Positions 61,179 to 64,000 of a stretch of 64,000 bases of DNA are shown one piece after another. Position 1 is the stretch's first letter; each line of letters starts with the position of its first letter. The translations under genes and the position numbers were made by a program. The notes below the pieces were generated by a model. The model was not told where the DNA came from. It made no database searches and saw only the letters and a program-made list of their open reading frames with translations. Origin of the DNA: an uncultured delta proteobacterium (lineage in GTDB: Bacteria; Desulfobacterota; Binatia; UBA9968); NCBI GenBank assembly GCA_963760795.1, contig CAVXEP010000010.1, positions 62,113 through 126,112 on the forward strand, given 5' to 3'.

Positions 61179-61429
61179 GGTCTAGACCACGCAGATCGCA
61201 ACGACTTGCCCGTGATGTCTTCCAATACGGCATCGACGGGGCCCGTGATGCGGCACCAGCTGAATTCCCGCAGTGAAGACCGGACGCCAAAGTCATGGAG
61301 CCAAAACTTCAAATGACAGGGTTGGTAGAGACGGAACCGTACCGCGTCATTGACGGCAAGAGACGAACGCCGTACCGACGAAGGTATCGAGCTTTTGAAC
61401 CTACTTCGGATTATTCCCGATTGCGTCAC
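61163..61429 (-). pseudogene. Remnant paralogue of the barrel gene at 57788..59020
   Basis: FRLYQPCHLKFWLHDF versus YRLYSSKHFKFWLRDF; same position immediately after a GT2 end. Confidence 0.7.
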
Positions 61430-62598
61430 TGCGCTTTAGCGTCGATTCTGCGCTCGGGCGTCCATAACATCTCAACCCGTCCCGCGAGCGCCATTACCAT
61501 TCCCAAGACAGCAGCTAGATTTACTAAATAAAAATACCAGGCCGCGTGCAGCAGCCAAGCTACTTTGCCAAACCGCGCCGGGACAAGAGCGCCGATTCCG
61601 GCGAAGATCAGACTAGCAACAAATCCCCAGGCGCCGAGCCGGTAGTGCCAACCCAACGGCGCCGCGATGAAACAGCCAGCCGCTGCCAGCACGAGCAGTG
61701 GAAGCACGAACCAGCGCAAAACCTTGTGCGACCACACTTGACATGCGAACCAGCCCAATCGTGCCGGGTTCAAGACTTGGGGCACACTCATGACCCCATG
61801 CCAGCTACGATTGACGATACGCCGTTTGCGGCGAAATTCACCGCCGAAATTTCCCGCACTGGGTTCGATACCAACGGCCGCGGCCTCGAATACCGCGCGG
61901 TAACCGCGTGCGACGATCTGCAACGGCACGACGAGATCATTGATCGTCTCCGCCGGCAATGGCGTGTAAAGCTCGCGGCGAATGGCAAATATCGCGCCGT
62001 CCCCGCCCACCGTGCTGCCGAGTCTGCTCTCCATCGAGCGGATGAAACGTTCATAACCCCAATAGGCGTTTTCTTGCCCGTGTGCTTCCGATGGCTCAGC
62101 GTCGACGTAGCGCGAGTCGCCAGTGACACAGCCAACTTGCGGGTCAGCGAAATTCCGCACCAGGCGGCGAATCGCATCGCGGTGATAGAGAATGTTGGCG
62201 TCACTGAATACGACGATATCACCTTGAGCTCTGCGCAAAGCCGCGTTTAGCCCGGCTGTTTTACCCTGACGCTGAGGCAGTCTCAGAATATCTATTCCAC
62301 GGTCGCTGAAACCCATAACGATAGTGTCGGTTTGGTCCGTGGAGGCATCCGACACTACCATAACCTCGAGTTTTTCTTTTGGGTAATCTAGCGCAAGGCT
62401 GTTTTCGAGCTTTTTGCCGATCGCACGTTCCTCGTTAAATGCCGAAATTACCAGCGTCACCGGAATTTCGATGTCGCGGCGCCGAACTTCACGTATTCGA
62501 AATTTGGCCAGCGTCCAGAGGACTGCCGGGTAACCGAAGTAAACATAAACGATGACGGAGAGCGCCACCCAAGCGATTACCGCCGCGACATCAACCAT
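61426..62598 (-). CDS. GT2 glycosyltransferase (CESA-like, membrane-anchored)
   Basis: YFGYP, SAFNEE, FSDAN, GDGAIFAIRR, RKRRI. Confidence 0.9.
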   Translation of the reverse strand: MVDVAAVIAWVALSVIVYVYFGYPAVLWTLAKFRIREVRRRDIEIPVTLVISAFNEERAIGKKLENSLALDYPKEKLEVMVVSDASTDQTDTIVMGFSDRGIDILRLPQRQGKTAGLNAALRRAQGDIVVFSDANILYHRDAIRRLVRNFADPQVGCVTGDSRYVDAEPSEAHGQENAYWGYERFIRSMESRLGSTVGGDGAIFAIRRELYTPLPAETINDLVVPLQIVARGYRAVFEAAAVGIEPSAGNFGGEFRRKRRIVNRSWHGVMSVPQVLNPARLGWFACQVWSHKVLRWFVLPLLVLAAAGCFIAAPLGWHYRLGAWGFVASLIFAGIGALVPARFGKVAWLLHAAWYFYLVNLAAVLGMVMALAGRVEMLWTPERRIDAKAQ

Positions 62599-62613
62599 GG
62601 CCGCCAAGGGTGG

Positions 62614-64000
62614 TCATCGGGAAGATCCTTTGAGCGGCATGCGGCGTATCAACTGCCGTACGTCTGTCGTACCAGAGTCCCATCTCTCCCTGACCAACTG
62701 GTGAACGTCCCGATAGGCGGCGATGTTGAAAAAGAAAATCAAAATGACATAGACAACCGTCCCCCATGCAATCTCAACGAACAATCGCTCCCAATTGGAC
62801 CAATTTGACGGCAGCGCCAGATCGAGCACCCAAACGCATAAGGCCATGACGATGGAACAACAGAACTGCGCGGCGACAACCTCCACGACTTCCTTAAATT
62901 TCATGCCGATCAGTTTGCCCGGAATCTTGTTGCACGGGTATACGATTAAAAAGTTCGCCGCCGTATATCCAATCGCGATCGACTTGACCGTACCGAACAA
63001 CGCGCCAACAACGATCCCCAGGACCAAAGTGCCGCTGCCGAAAACGCCCCACCAAAACATCCAGTCCGTCCGCCCCTGGGAGGTATAAATCCAGCCCGTG
63101 GGGCCGTTGAGCGACTGCAGAAGTCCGACGACGCACAAAATTTGCAGAATCGGCACCACGGCAGCCCACTGCGGGCCATACAGCGATAAGATGAACGGCT
63201 CAGCCACCACGTACATTCCCGTCATGATCGGGAACGAAAGCAGGGCGATGATGCTGATCGACCTGAGATAGATGTATTTCACCCGCAGTTTATCGTCCTT
63301 GATCGCCGAGAGAGCGGTAAACATAACTTCGGTGACGACGTTGATAATCTGCGAGACGGGCAACAGCATGAGCGCATAAGCGCGACTGTAAATTCCCAGG
63401 TTTGCCGCTCCGAGCAACTTTCCAACCAGCAAATCGTCGCCATTGCGAGCCCAGTAGTTAACAAAACCAAAACCAGTCAAATGGATGCTGTAATAGAACA
63501 ACTCCGCGACCGCCTTGAATCGGAAGATAAAGCGGGGCCGCCAGCCGCTTAGAATCAAAAGCATGATACCCTTGGCCCCCCCGGAGACCAAATTGTGTGC
63601 CACGAGACTCCAGACACCCCATCCCGACAGAGCAAGAAGCACCGCCGTAACGCCGGATAGAAGTGTGACGACAATTTCTAGCTTTGCTATTTGTCCAAAT
63701 GCCATGCGCCTCAAAAGCAGCGCCCGAGGAACAATGCCGAAGGACGCGAAAACAAACTGAACGGCCAATAACCGGCAGAGCGGCTTAAGAAGTGGCTCAT
63801 CGTAGAAAGCCGCGACGAAGGGCGACAAGAGCACAAATACCGCCGCCAACACGCTCCCGAGGCCTAAGGTCAGCCAGAAAACCGAATGAACGTGCCTGTC
63901 TTCCAGATCCCGCTTCTCAACTAGGGCCGACCTAAAACCAAAATCGGAGAAAGACTCGGCAAATCCGGAAAAGACCATAACCATCCCGAACAGGCCGAAG
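62614..64000 (-). CDS. Wzx/PST-family polysaccharide flippase (5' end outside the window)
   Basis: DFGFRSALV, WRPRF, LGIYSRAY; multi-TM. Confidence 0.88.
   Translation of the reverse strand, partial: FGLFGMVMVFSGFAESFSDFGFRSALVEKRDLEDRHVHSVFWLTLGLGSVLAAVFVLLSPFVAAFYDEPLLKPLCRLLAVQFVFASFGIVPRALLLRRMAFGQIAKLEIVVTLLSGVTAVLLALSGWGVWSLVAHNLVSGGAKGIMLLILSGWRPRFIFRFKAVAELFYYSIHLTGFGFVNYWARNGDDLLVGKLLGAANLGIYSRAYALMLLPVSQIINVVTEVMFTALSAIKDDKLRVKYIYLRSISIIALLSFPIMTGMYVVAEPFILSLYGPQWAAVVPILQILCVVGLLQSLNGPTGWIYTSQGRTDWMFWWGVFGSGTLVLGIVVGALFGTVKSIAIGYTAANFLIVYPCNKIPGKLIGMKFKEVVEVVAAQFCCSIVMALCVWVLDLALPSNWSNWERLFVEIAWGTVVYVILIFFFNIAAYRDVHQLVRERWDSGTTDVRQLIRRMPLKGSSR

Overview
Bacterial genomic window, high GC at the left. 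Gene content resembles Deltaproteobacteria-like lineages such as Candidatus Binatia, which is an inference. It has four blocks. (1) 0-17.7 kb is a catabolic region: six solute-binding-fold genes with no permease or ATPase, two divergent aldehyde:ferredoxin oxidoreductase (AOR/WOR family) paralogues, a 4x[4Fe-4S] protein, a class II aldolase, a BNR beta-propeller, a Cys-less maleate isomerase-fold protein and lsrF plus a Zn-dehydrogenase. Its intergenic gaps carry several kinds of palindromic and short-period inverted repeat. (2) 17.8-23.9 kb is the conserved housekeeping string ispE-spoVG-tRNA-Gln-prs-rplY-pth-rpsF-rpsR-DUF2232-rplI. (3) 24-34 kb follows tRNA-Arg(CCG) and is a lower-GC decaying zone: suhB and comM remnants, a split sigma54 activator, two nucleotide-sugar dehydrogenases, a truncated ExeA-like ATPase and a HAMP protein. 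(4) 34.4-64 kb holds a sigma54-preceded pair of secreted proteins converging on a long minus-strand surface-polysaccharide cluster rich in tailoring enzymes. Top leads are possible FN3 donor-strand complementation between the two secreted proteins, the twin WOR locus, 9-bp and 7-bp periodic inverted arrays, a domain-permuted AglD-like flippase-GT2 fusion beside a GT-C, and a duplication with reciprocal gene loss around asnB. Several single-base frameshifts may be sequencing errors. All calls come from reading motifs by eye; no searches were run.
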